Source of the DNA: Chara braunii
Lineage: Eukaryota > Plantae > Charophyceae
Assembly: GCA_003427395.1 (NCBI GenBank)
Contig: BFEA01000017.1
Span: 2,042,052 to 2,106,051 of the forward strand
Direction: 5' to 3'
DNA length: 64,000 bases
Shown here: positions 49,810 to 63,200 of the stretch, piece by piece
Position numbering within the stretch: position 1 is the first letter of the stretch
Layout: each line of letters starts with the position of its first letter
Made by a program: the position numbers and the translations under genes
The notes under the pieces: model-generated
What the model saw: only the letters and a program-made list of their open reading frames with translations
Database searches by the model: none
Told to the model about the DNA's origin: nothing

Positions 49810-50808
49810 GGACATACTCACACGGGAACCATAAGGGCCTCCCCACACCTATCTCCAAAACAGCGATTTGGAGAGAAGTGGCATCGCCACACCAACTCCC
49901 GAAAATCGCAGTCAGGGCCTTGCCACACCACTCTCGAAAAGGGGAATTTTTTCAAGAGCTGTCAGACGTTCTCAAGAGTTGGGTTTTCGAGAGTTTCGGG
50001 CCCCTCGCCACACAGCACTCTCGAAAGGGCGATGGTGTTGGACAAAGAATGCAAAACGACAGTCGTACAGCTTTGTTTTTTCCGAATGGCCTCAGGATAA
50101 CGGCCTGAGAGCTCTCGAAAATCGAGAGTCCTTTGAGTGCCCTCGGGAGGACGCTTGAAAAGAGCGGTGCTAAAGGCTGGGCGTTTAGGAGTTTCGAGAG
50201 CTACTCTCGAAACGAGTTTCTGACAACTCTCGAAAGAGTTTTCGGGCCACAACTCTCAAGTGGCTGTGTGGCGACGGCTCCAACTCTTGAAAACCGGGTT
50301 TCAAGAGTGGTGTGGCGAGGCCTTGAGACTGAGGGCATACTCACACGGGAACCATGAGTCTCAAAAATTTGAGGCATTTGGTTCGGCTTTTTTGAGGCAT
50401 TTCGCATTTGGTCCCCGTGTGGTCACACCGACGGACCTCGTCCAGAAAGGACGAAGAAAGGACGCCCCTGACACTTTGCATTCAGGGCAAGTGCGCCCGG
50501 GCACAGGGGGGAGGACCAAACGAAAAGATGGGTTGTGAACATGTTCCTGGTCGCACTTCCAGTTGTTTGGCGGGCTGTCTTCTTCGTCTACTACTCTCTT
50601 CAATTGGCGAACATAGAAAAGAAAAAACGAAAGTTAATTTGAGACCACCTTGGGAGGTGGTCTCAAAAAGGGTACGCCCACGGTCCGCAGGCCGCTGACA
50701 GAAGGGTCATGGTTTGAGGCATTTGGGTAGCGAGCCTCTCCAGTGTGACTCGAAAAATGACTCAAAGTTTGGGATTTTGGGTCTTTTGGTCCTGGTGTGA
50801 GTATGCAC
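49810..50808. mobile_element. PIF/Harbinger-like non-autonomous element with TGA TSD, inserted in the palindromic repeat
   Basis: TGA at 49807-49809 and 50809-50811. TIR ggacatactcacac / gtgtgagtatgcac. A second left end (tga gggcatactcacacgggaacc) occurs at 50330. The flanks rejoin as aatgagac-TGA-atctt of the host repeat. Confidence 0.75.
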
Positions 50809-50993
50809 TGAATCTTCTGCTACTAGACTGCTAGAACGTGGAAAGATACACCATCAACTGGATCCAGGCCCAATGACCAACGACGGCCAAGCCCAGTTGC
50901 TACTGGGCGTCTCCACACCACTCTCAAAATGTGCAAATTGAGAATGAACTTCACGCTGAAACATGGCCAGATGTGCCCGCTACATTTTTGTCT

Positions 50994-53900
50994 CTTTTTT
51001 TTTTTTTTTTTGAGTAAGAATGAATTTATTTCCGTAGAGAGACAGAGGCCCGGGAATACACCTCCACATGACAACCCAGTACAAAGAACAACATGCTCGG
51101 GCCTTTACCCAGCTATAGGCTCCTGGAAACCGGGTCCAGTGTCCCTCTTCGAAGGTACTCCAAAAAACTCAAAAAAGAAAGGGCTTCTGCCAAGCAGATT
51201 ACTGTTCATGCCTGAAGAGTACCAAAGAAAACTAACTAATCAATGTTTCGTACTCTCCAATTCCAAGGATTTATGGAGGGGAGCTACAGCGCTCCCCATG
51301 ACCAGCTGGGGTTAGGAGCCAGGGCGAGAAGCACAGCCTGCCTTCCGCAGTAAGCTTCACTAATCTGGACTCCCTCCCCCAGGTGTCCCAAAACCATTTC
51401 CTAACCTTACCGTATTTGCTCCTATTTAGCCTGCAAAGCCAATCACTCTGTACCGTGATCCTGATCTGTTGAGCAACTGTATTCTTGATAGCTTGTCTGA
51501 TTTGAACTTCTTCTTAAACAGTTGGTCATTCCTGTCATCCCAAATGATCTTCATAATAATAGCCCTGGTGGCTTGAGCTACATAAAGCCAGTCACTTTCC
51601 TCTGAGATAGATGAGTCATGGAAACCATTCAGTATCCAATCGTCTGTCCAGACAAATTTCTGGTTGGTGATCCTGTTCCAATGTTGAATCCACCAATCCC
51701 AGATTCTTCTTGACGCAGGACAGGTCAACCATAGATGCCGAGAGTCCTCCAGTATCCATCTCCATCTCACACATCCTCCAAAAAATCTCCATCCCTTTTG
51801 AGACTAAGTTCACCGTTGAAGCTGTAGCCAACATGGACTGAAGCCATAATATACTTGATAGTCGTTGTGAAGGAAGTTGTTTGAGCTGCTTCCAGAAGGA
51901 TGAAAGGTGTTCCGTTGGTACTGTTAGCAGTCCTTGCTGCTGTCGTCTGTTAGCAACAACTACTGTTGGTGGTTTCTTAACCTTCAGTCTCTGCAACCTA
52001 GTGCCTTCTCTTGTTGTATACTCATCTAGGCCTACGACTGATAACTTCTGAGGATGCCACCAACCCACTGCTTTGCAGTCCACGGCTACCTTATCTAGAG
52101 GTTTCAGTCCCATTGGGAGGGAAACCACTGTTATTAGTGTCCCTCCCGTCGCAGCTCTCTGTGTTTTCTTCCTCACTATTGCTTCTGAGCAATCGTCAAT
52201 TGAAGATACCTGTATCTTACCCTTTTGTACCAGGATTCGGGGAAAGGAGAAGTCTGTTGGTATTGCCCATTCGGTTGTTGCCCAACCATCCTCCCCCAAA
52301 TCGTCAGTGACCTGTAACACGGTGTCTTGCTGTATAGCAGGGATCAGCCACCGATCATCAGGGGGGGCTCTCGCACCCGAAAGTAGTGCCACCCAACTTG
52401 GGGGGAATCCGATGGCTTTCTGAATTGCTTCTAACCTGGTGGATATGTGTCTCAGCCTTCCAAGTTGGTTTTTTACCTGAGATATTTCCTTCCATTTATT
52501 AGTTCCCTTTTCCCAGATGTCATTTACCCATACGATTCCTCTTTCGGTCCAGGATTTCCCAAAATTCCCGGCAGAATCATGTGCAGAGAAAGAGGTTTTC
52601 GTACTATTAACAATCAGTGGGTTCTCAAATAAAATCTGGTTGAGGACCGACTCCTTCGTATCTGGACTCATTCTTTCAGTTGGAAACAACTTCTGTCAGG
52701 CAGCCATAATATTATTCCAAAAAACAGACTTCAATTTCCTATTAACAAAAAATTGGATTAGGAAGCATGCAAAAACATCTTTTGGTCTACTGAGTTCCCA
52801 TTCAATACTCAAGATATACAATGCCAGAGAGATCCATGGGGTAGTAAGGTCTTCAAGTAAAGCTTTCACTGACCATTTAGCCAGAAGAGAGGTGTTCTGT
52901 TGCTTCGGGTCTAATAAACCCAGGCCTCCTTCGTCCCTCGGGAAGCAAACTGTTTCTCAGGCTACTTTGGAGAAATAATTCCGATCCCCCTCCGCTTCGG
53001 GCTTCCATAGTAGCCTGGCAGCTGCCTTCTTGATGGCCTTATGGCCTTGTCCTCTAGGGCATGTATGGAGAGCACGAACCATAGAACTGCAAATCTTGCT
53101 GTCTGAGTTACCAGCGCCCTTCCCAACAGAGAGAGGTGCCGTTTATGACTCCAGCTTGACAACCTGCACAAAACTTTTCCACCAATATCGAGTCTTGAAG
53201 TTCTGAGTTGTTAGCTAGTGCCGCTTGCATTCCCAAAAAGCGTTCTGACGCATCTGCAGGGACTGGATTAGTTCCCCAATTCACTTCCAAGTCGTAGTCC
53301 TTAGGTAGGAAATAAGTAGATTTATTCCAGTTGATCGAGGCCTCCGACAGTTCACAGTAAGTATTTAGCACTTTCCTCAAGTAATCAAGGCTGACCTACT
53401 GTTGACGCAGGTAATTGTTAGATCGTCAGCCAAGGCTCCTCCCTTCCATTGAATTTGGTAATGGAGCTTTAGGCCTTCGATCTGTTCTCTAAATCTTATG
53501 TTGTCGAGAAGCACTTTCATATAGACAACGAATAGTAATGGAGCTAGGGGGCACCCTTGTCTAAGTGAACGGGACAGTGCAAATTGTTGAGACTTATACC
53601 GACTGACCATTACTGACGCAGTTGTCGTTGAGTACATTGTAGCAACCCAGTGGGCAAAAAATTATCCAAATCCCATGTGCTTTAAGGTCGTCATCACAAA
53701 GGTCCAACCTACTCTGTCGTATGCCTTTCCATATCCAGGAGAAGGACTGCGACATTTCGTTTTTCTGCTGCAATGATTTACAGTGCCTGTATTGCGGCAG
53801 CAATATTGTCCATAATGGACCTATGCTTCACAAAGGCTCCCTGTTCTTTCTTGATCAAATCCGGCAGATATCTTGATAATCTCAGAACCAGTGTTTTTGT

Positions 53901-56706
53901 CAAAATCTTGTAGGACACGTTCAATAGTGAGATAGGGCACCAGTTTCTTATCTCCGTTTTCTCTCCTTTCTTGTACAAGAGGGAGATAATTTTGTTCATC
54001 ATTCCTTTGGTTATCCTACCCCCTTCTATAACCCCATTATAACAGGCAACCAGGTACGGGCTAATTTGAGGTCATACCGCAAGATAAACTTCTATTGGTA
54101 TGCCGTCGTATCCTGGGCATTTTCCACTAGTCATCTGTTTGGCTGCCTATAGGAGTTCCTCAGCTGTCACAGGTCTGTCCAGGTCTAACCTTGCCTGGGG
54201 TGGCACACTGGCCTGTGTCAGATCCCAAAAATTTGAGTTATCCCTCAAATCTGAGGCCACGCCATCAAACGGTCTTCTTGTTGTTAGGATGTCTTGAAAA
54301 TACAGTCTTGCGTACTCACACATTTGGTCTACATCCTTGGTAATCGTTTGTTGCACTGCAAAGGGGTGAGCGAGCTGTCTCATTGGAGGTTTGGCTTTTT
54401 GCAAGATCAGTCTACGAAAAGTGTCTCTATCCATTCTGTCCCCTGAAATTATATTTCTTTGGGCCAGTCATTGGGTCCACAGTTCTTGTTTTTTTATTTC
54501 CATTTTTTCCAATGCTAGGATTTTCCTTCTGCGTTTCGCTGTCCAGTAGGCGTCCAAAACTGGGTGTTTCCCCAGTTCAGCTTCTGCTTTCTGTATACTT
54601 AAGATCAATGCATTTTCCTGAATTTTGGCTTTCACTGCCTTTATCCTGGAGATGTTGTTCAAGGACCCTTGTAGAATCCTAAATCCCACTTCCAACCATC
54701 GGTCTTCCTCCTCAAAGAGGTGCCGGGTCTGAGACCATTCATCTAAGTGATGTTTGATCCAGTCCACCACCCCTTTATCCTTGAGGTGATTCGTATTGAA
54801 TTTAAAATACGATGGACCAAAATTATTCTTCTGTGGTAAGTTAAACTCTGCTTGTATCGGGCGGTGGTCGGATAGGTAGGAATTACCTACCTCCACTTTT
54901 ATACAGTTGGACCATGAAATTCCCCTTGCTAGAAAATAGTCAAGCCTCCTTCAAGCAGGGGGGGTCCGCGATCCGAACCAGGTGTAGCCATGGCTGTCCG
55001 GGTGCAAAGATCTGTAGGCATCCGTCAAATTTGGTGAGATAATAAATGCTCGTAATAGTCTTGTATCTGCTCTGATAGGGGTCACTTTGGGACTATCCAA
55101 TCCTGGATTCAAGATGGTGTTCCAATCTGCAGCCAAGATCAAGTTGTCAGAACTTGGGATCAGACTAGGGAGTTCCGCAATGAAGTGGACACGTTCGTTA
55201 TAGCCCATGGGAAGGTACGACGACATGATTGTCCAATTTTCCTCCCCAACTGTTATTTTCACCCATACCCAACGGCCCCATATATCCACCATGTGGTCAA
55301 TTACTATAGTTTTCAGATCTCTGTGGAGTAGGATACCGGTCTCTCCACAGGTACCTGCTTGCCCGTCCGTACCCCTTGCCGGGGCCCAAAATTGTGGGCC
55401 TGACCACCAAGAGGATTCAGTAATTAGCCTTCGTTAATCCAACTTCGACTCTTGAATACAAACAATTGCAGACTTTTTGAAATGCAGCCAAGATTTTAAT
55501 CTGTCCCTTTTATGCTTGTTATTGGTATCACATAGACCTCTAACGTTCCATGACATTATGCGCAGTATGCCCTTAGGCAGCATAGGTCGTGGCAACGTTA
55601 GAGGAATCTTAGATCCGGCCTGATACTGGTGTATTCATGTCCATCTGTTTCCGCCGTCTAGACCCTTCCCCTCCCTTCAGGTTCTGCTGTTCCAACCAGG
55701 GAACTCGCAAGGCGCTTGCCAAATCCGATCGGAAGATCGTTTCTCTGAGTGTTGAGGTGGCCAACCAATGGGCAATCGTCTGTGCCGTCATTGTTTGTTT
55801 AAAGATTATCTTGTTTAAATTCTCATTCACAGGGAAGTCCAGAATAGACAGAGAAAACCAGTCCTTGTCCATCGTGTTCAGTTGTTTCATCGTTAGATTG
55901 TCCATTTTAGCATCCAAGAAGACCAGGTACAAGCGAGCCCTGGTTCCATTTCCATTTTCTGCAGTAAAACATCCTACCCGTAGTGCAAGGATTACCCTTA
56001 CGTGTAGGAAGTTCGGGATCAGTGGTTTCACTTTCTCCAGAATAGCCAGCTCAGTTAGGGTCCCTTCTGCGTTTGCTGTAGGAACCTCCAGTAGGCCATT
56101 ACCCAACTGTGTGGCCATGACCATGACTCCTTTGTTGGAGTTAGCACAAATTAGTGGGATAAAAACTCTCTGGATATTTAGATCCGCTCGATCCAGTGGA
56201 TCCATCGGATCTGCGATCATCAGTCCGCCCGGGAGAGATGTTTTCCGATGTTTTTCAATACCACTCGTTCCGTCTCTTCGCAGGTCCGCTGCACTCTCCC
56301 CTGTCCCTGTTCCCCCACTCCCTCCTAACCCCTCTGTTGGATTTTCGTCCATTGGGCCGTGATCCTGACGACTTTCTGGGCATGATGTTATCATTGATTC
56401 TTCCATGATAGGCGTAGGTTCTTTCTCTTCCTTTTCTTTAGAGATTGTCATCCACCTGCCCTTTTCCTTCTCCCTCAACCTTTCTCTCTCTTTCTCTCTT
56501 TCCCTTTCCATTTCCTTGGCCTTCTCTTTCTCTCTTAACTTATCCCTTTCCTTTTCCTTTTTCTTTTCCCGTTCCTGTTCTCTTTTCCTTTCCATCTCTC
56601 TTTCCCGTTCCTTTTCCCTTTCAAGATCCCCCTTGAACCTTTGTCCTTGAGAACCGTTCCTTTTCCCCCTCTTTTGGATTTGTCCCGTTTCTGACCTCCC
56701 CCGTTA
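50994..56706 (-). mobile_element. L1/Tx1-like LINE (lineage B, LADD) with ORF1 C-terminal part (55609-56595) and disrupted ORF2 (start ~55583)
   Basis: EN motifs SWNVRGL, IQES, AADWN, RLDYFL, SDH. RT motifs NWCPISLLN, LRQGCPLAP, GGALADDL. AATAAA plus poly(A) (T-run 50994-51011). Apparent TSD atttttgtct (50984-50993) / atttctgtct (56707-56716) inside a palindromic-repeat copy. Confidence 0.93.
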
Positions 56707-59514
56707 ATTTCTGTCTTTTTCACATTTGGAGAGTAGTGGGCGAGGCCCGCTCCCGTGAACTGCTGAGACGGAGACCAGAGTTCCACTCCACACCCAAATC
56801 AGATGACAGATGGGTGAGCGAAACTTCAAAAAAAAAAAAAAAAAAAAAAAAAACTTAATGCACAAATGCAGGGGAAGAGAGAGAGAGAAAAAAAAAAAAA
56901 TACTTTGAGGGCATACTCACAGGACGACTTGTTTACTTATTGGGAGGATTCCCGTAGGGGCACTGCTGTAAATGGGGTCAGATACATGAACGATATTGCT
57001 GATGTGTCCCGGGCTACTGTAGGACAGAGCGAGCAGGCGAGCCGGAAGCTATAATCCCAGCGCTAATTTCATGCACTAACATTGCGCTTCGGCGCAACGT
57101 TAGCGCTAATTGAGATCAGGGTTAGGACCAGAAGATGCATCCGGCCTAATCGCCATGGCAACCCGAGCAGCATCATACATTTCAAGGCTGCTTGGAGATT
57201 TTACTCTGCATCGAGGGTAACTTGCTTCGTCACGGGCCGGCCTGCTGCTGTTATTCTGAGGACGCCCGTAGTCGTCCAAGTGGGATGAACGAGATCCGCA
57301 AGGGGAAAGGGAGAACCCTTGGTTGGAGGGCGACGACAGATGTGAAATAAATTCAACAAAGGGTTACCAGTCTGAACATGGTGTCTATGGCGCCGCTATG
57401 CCGGCGCTCTCCTTGAGACACAAGGGCGTGGTAGAAGTAGAAGGGCTCGTTCAGTAAGTAGACACCTGCAACAAGAAGCGCGAAGGAGTTGGCTTCAGAC
57501 GGTCGTCTACCGACGCCACAGGAACGAGTTGTCCCCGCAACAAGAGGTGTTTACGAAATATTCTCTCTCACAACTCGGGTGGGGGATTTTGGTTTAAAGT
57601 ACACTCCTATCCCAAATTATTGAGGCTTGTCGATTATCCATTATTAGGATAAGTGCTATTTTAAGTGAGGTTGTTTTTGCTGGTCAACGGACTCGCGATG
57701 CGCCGATGGCCGATTCGTCTTCATCTCGTCCTCCCCTGTCGATGTCATCGGATGAGAAGTCTTGAATCAAAGGAATCCTCGCTGACTGCTACCATGAGGG
57801 GTTACTCCTTGATGAACTCTTTCCTGAACAAGTGGAAGTTGGGGAAAATTTTGTACGAGTGGTGATAAACCCCAACCTCTATGCTGTCCAGGAAGAGTAG
57901 CCTTGTGACGCCCAACCTCACGCCCGACGCGACGTCCTGATCGGAGTGGGATGGGGGCCCGAAAGTGCGAAAAAGGGGTGTGCCAAGGATTTTAGGAAAG
58001 TGGGGGTGGAGTCCCAGGTCGGAACTGAGATCTCCGGTGGCAAGTTTAGGGACAATGGTGCAAGATGGTACGTGAAGATCGTATCCAGCGTTTCAGTCTT
58101 CGGGGGATGGGGCTATGGTCTCTGCCAGTGGCGTCGCCACGATCGGTCCCTTATTTGGTGGACCGGTGGGACACTATGGTTGTCGCGTTGGGCGAAAAGC
58201 CGTCGGCGCCGTTCATAACAAGCTTCGGAATCCGACAAGGCGGGCCGCAAGCGGAGGCTGTGTAATCGCTGCTCGGCCTCAGTTCGGGTTCGTCGGATAA
58301 ATCCCGAAGCTCGGTACATTTGGTACCGCTGGCACTCTTCGTACGATGGGTGAGACCAATAGCGAGCTATGGAATTCCACGGTACCACTGTGAGCTGGTG
58401 ATAGGGGAGGAGGAGACGGAAGGGAGGGAAACTGGTATTAATAACAATGAAGCCCAGGGATATGTAATATTGAGTGTTGTCAGTGTCTGGATAATATGGG
58501 CCGCTAGGATCGCTGGTTATGGCCCAGTGGAAATCCCCCGCGCACAGTCGGTCGTTCTCCGTCAGATAGGGGAATTCTAGGTTTCTCAAGTTTCCCCGTC
58601 GTTTGAGATGCTATCCTTCCCAGTACTCGCGATACTCCGGATCCCTGAGGCTCTCAAGATCGGTGATCCAAAAGGGAGTTTCTACGACCATAGCTGGCTA
58701 GGGAATTCGGTTTCCCGCATCCTTTTGGTGAGTTTGAGGTTGACTCATGCAGAGGCGTAAGTACGCTGCGACTCGGTTTTCTCGAGATTACTCTCGTACT
58801 TGAGCATGCACATGAGCGAAAGCGGATCGGTCCTTGGTTCAGTGTACCGATTGTGTTTGTCCTGCATGCAACTATCCTACTCATGCTATATTGGGTGAGA
58901 TCAAGACATTCCATTCATACTCATGTCATTCATGTGACGGAAAGGAGAGAAAAGGGGAAAGGACAATCAACTCATCACAACATTCATGGTGATCCAATGA
59001 CGACCGAAGAGTAACGATTAAACCCAAACATCCATAGCGAGTGTCTCCAATCATGGTTGAGAGTATGACACATGCAAATGGATAATAGAAGGTGACGAAA
59101 CAGGCATCGCAAAATAATATTGGAAATCTGAAAAAATCACTAACGGAAAAGAGTTCACATTCATTTCATGCATACATGAGGCAAAAATGACAAAGAAAAT
59201 CCGAGATCGTTTATAAAGAAAAGTCCAAAAAGGCCGCAACAAAATTGGTCATAGTAGGAACCAAAATTATACAGATAAGCGAAAGAAGGGACCTCATCGC
59301 GTATACACAACTATTTTCTCTCTCTGTCTGTCCCACTGCTCTACACCCCCGATACGGACAGTCTATCGCTGCGTATCAACACATAGTTGTCACCCCGCCT
59401 GGTTTGAGCATGCAAGCCAGGCTCGCCCGTGCGCCACAGTCCATTGCGGCCTGCACGTGAACCCCGCATACTTGACACCGGCTCGTCGGATCGCCCAACT
59501 CCCTCGTCGACTCA

Positions 59515-59640
59515 CCTCTCACGCTAATTCGTTAGCTGACCCTCAATGATCGCGCTAACTCCTAACTCGTTAGCCGACCCTCACTGATCGTGCTAACTCC
59601 TGACTCGTTAGTCAACCCTCACTGATCGCGCTAACTCCAA
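59515..59640. repeat. ~35-bp tandem repeat, 3-4 copies
   Basis: cgctaactcct.actcgttag.c.accctcactgatcg units. Confidence 0.8.
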
Positions 59641-60289
59641 GATCCATAAAGAGCAAACTAATCGCACTTGCAAAATTTATAGTATGCATGCCCGTGCGAA
59701 GGGTACAGGATTAATCCCAAGTGGTCAGGAGAAGGAGAGAGGAAGTGCCTACGTCTGCATGGCCAGGCCGCGGTGTCGGGGTCGTAGCCACACCCCACGC
59801 ATCGATCCGGTCATGCAGGCGCTTTGGCCAATTGGAACAGAGTATGCAAGACGAGGAAGAAGGAGAAGGCGAGCAAACACGAGGAATCCAAGAAAGAAGA
59901 AAGATACAGTTACACAAGATTAAGGGCGCGATCCAGTCAGAGCCCAGTTTCTAGTGTTGCAAGATGTGCACGAGTGAGAAGCGCGGTGCAGCAAAATTCA
60001 GAGTACCGAAATTCCTAGCCTAAGTTCTAATTGCAACAAAAAGAAAAAAAAGACCAAAAACAATTTCGCGAGCCCGTGGGGACTTGACGTAAGTTAAAAA
60101 TTCAAAAACAATATTCTCGCACAATGATCACGCAAAAAATTCCTAGTGCTCACGATAGAATAAGAAAGAAACCATGACAATTGTTATCCATCTCGCTCGA
60201 TAAGGCGCGGTTACCCAATCGTTGGCGTGAGACCTTCCCAACACCGGCCCGACAGATTCCCACAAAAAAATAGAAAGAAACGAGGACAT

Positions 60290-63200
60290 CCATGCAGTTT
60301 GCCTGACCGACCCATCTTTCCACTGCTCATCCATCCGACCCATTCATTTCCCCGAAGGCAGCTTCGGGCAAAAAGTCGCGCGATTACAAAAAATGGTTCG
60401 TCACAGCCTCGGAAAAATGTCATCCTGTTTTTTTTTCGAAAACGACTCCAAGTCCCTACCTGTTTCTGTCAAAATTCTGACACGCATATGGGAAAATGGT
60501 TGGTCAAAGAGCGGGTCAATTAGCGCCCCACCAAAAAGGGGGGTGTTTCATAACGAGGGTTTCAATTTAGTAGCATATGTAGCCTCTGTTAAGGAAATCG
60601 TAACGTGGATGTTACGAAAGAAAGAAGATAAAATTGAACTGGACAGGAAAACACACACTATAATATCACTATTTCCTTCAAACCATGGATGTCGGAACAT
60701 GAATTGTTCGAATGAAGGAAAACCTTAAGGTACATTATCAAGTTTTTTTGGATCAGATGTATAGTATGTACATCCCCGTGGTAACACTTTCTTATTTGGC
60801 TGCAGCGGTTAATAAGGCCTACGGTAAAATATTAAAGAAGTATGGGACTTTCTTCGAGTCGACGTCTCCTGAATTAATTGATGTACGTTTTGACCTGGAA
60901 CCGACAACCCTCCTGCGATATAAACCCTATCTAATCTTAGATATTGACGAGGGTGGGTATATAAAAAATGGAGTGGTTCACGTGCAGACACAGTGGTGTC
61001 GAGTCTGTCGGCAGCATTTCCACTCAGAGAATTATGAAATCATGCTCGCTCAAAAAGGAGCAAGCCGCATAGGGCAAAGGTAAGGGCCCTAACTCGGGAG
61101 ACAAGGTGCCCTCCCTGGGGTCAAAAGGGGGTTCGAAAGGGGGTTTATATACGAAAGGGGGTTTGGGTACTGAAGATGACACAAAAAAAAAAAAAGGGAT
61201 AGGGAAAAAAAAATTCCCCCAAAACTTGAAAGATCAGTCAGGCCCCTCTGATGGGAAGCGATCTCAACCCAGCCTTTCAGATCCTGAAAAGGAGGGTGGG
61301 GAACCCCCTTGGCTCCCAACGATCTGGACATGGTTGATGCAAATAATTGTCAGTTGACAAAAGGGGAATTAAAAACAAAGGTTCCCATCACGTCCAACTG
61401 GAAGGGAATCAGAAAAGGGACGGTCAAGAATCCCCAGCTAAGGACAAACAGACTCAAAAGGAGAAGGAAGAAGATCCTAACCCCCCACGAGATACAAAAA
61501 ATGAGGGCGAGGACAAAGGGGGCAAAGCAGCCGAGAGAAGTGAGGTAAGGTCAAGCAAGGAAGGGAAGCTGGACAACAAAGACATCCAGGATGATGGGGA
61601 AGGAAAGAAAAACCCACCTCTCCCTCCTTGCCCAACAAAAAATAACCCTCCTGCTGGTATTGATCAAAGAAAGAAAACGGGACAAGGATCAGGGTTGGAC
61701 GTGCCAATTAGGGGAACAGACAATCCAACTTGGGAACCCACATCAACGACAGGCGGGACCCGTCCTTCATCGATAACGGACAAGCCACAAGATCATTCCC
61801 CTAAATTGCTGGACAACACGACGTTGGTCATATCCAGACCGGCCCAGTTGTCCGCTAGCAAGCGTAAAGACAGTAAGATCCATAATAACACGATTTACTG
61901 CGAGAAAGATAGCTCGGACGACGAACAGGCAAAATTGAGGGGAATTAAAGTGCAGCAATTGCTGGTTAAAAACAAAACTGTACTGGTCACCTTGGTCAAT
62001 CCCGACGTCGAATGTCCCTCTGAGGAGGAAAATCAGAACATAGACGAACCTATTCAGGAATTATTTTTCCCTACGGAGAATACATTGGATTTTTCCGGAG
62101 AAAAAAAACAAGGACCGGGTAGTGCTCGGTCAGAAGGGGAGGTTGGGTTGGGAAACTCCTTCCCGACGTTCCAGTTCCTCCCTTCTCTCGTCTTCCCCCC
62201 AGGAGCCACACCCTTGGATGAACCACATACGGTTGTAGCTGCACATGACTCATCATCCATAAAAAGACCTTGTATTGAGGGGTTGAAGTTGAAGACAAGA
62301 TCCATCATGAAGGACATGGGGGGAGTATCGGAGGAGATCGTGGAGTTCCCAAAAAGAAAAGAGGGAGATCTCAGACCATCAAAACGGCTAGACGTTCACT
62401 AACGATGGAGACCCCTATGCGCACACTCATGCGGGGAGACAAGGTAAAGAGTCAGGTGGCCGATTACCTTATCCCCCTTATTTGCTTGTATGATGGTTAT
62501 ACACCCAGACTGTTTAGTTTGAAGGGCAAAGACGGAAGTTTAATGCTCCCATCTATTTTGCTAAAAAGTTCCCCTTCACCAGTATTGGTCTGCAACCTGG
62601 TGAAGATCCATATTTTGCAGGACCTAGGTAAGGCGGACCTGCTTCCGAAACCACAAATGGCAAGACACCTTGTTGACATACCAGGAGGGGGTAAGGTGCA
62701 CATGCTCCTTGCTTTTATGAATTTAACTTATATGAAGTTATATCACAAACAATAAAAGCAAGTAGGATGAGTTAAAGATCTACTGGATGAAACTGGCACA
62801 TTTGACTTCTATCCAGTCAGATACATTGGCAAACATAAGGCTCATATTGAGCCTTTCTGCAGGGTTGTAACGGATTGGCTTCAAGTTGTCCTATCAGATA
62901 ATCGGGAGGTGATTATGACTGACTCTTTTGCCGAGTCCTTGCTGAAAAGGCGAGCGAGCAAGAGTTTCAGTTGAAAGGTAGGAGAATGTGGTCCGTCAAA
63001 CTTGGGTCCAACAGTTACAGTAAGTGAAGAAGGGTTCCTCATCCGATCTCCGAGCGACCCCGGTACCTAGAATGAGTCTACCCAATAGAATCAGACTTGC
63101 CACCTGGAACGTTCAAGGATTAGGCGATTAGAACAGTTACTCACAACACAAAAGAGAGATTTTTCTTCGGTTGTACTCTCAAATGTACAGATACTCCTCT

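Noticed and set aside
56920-60000. Host gene or defined LTR element (ORF 58113-58589; TGTGACG starts at ~57905 and ~58933)
   Set aside because: No recognisable domain, paired LTR, PBS or TSD found by eye. Probably TE-derived but cannot be supported.
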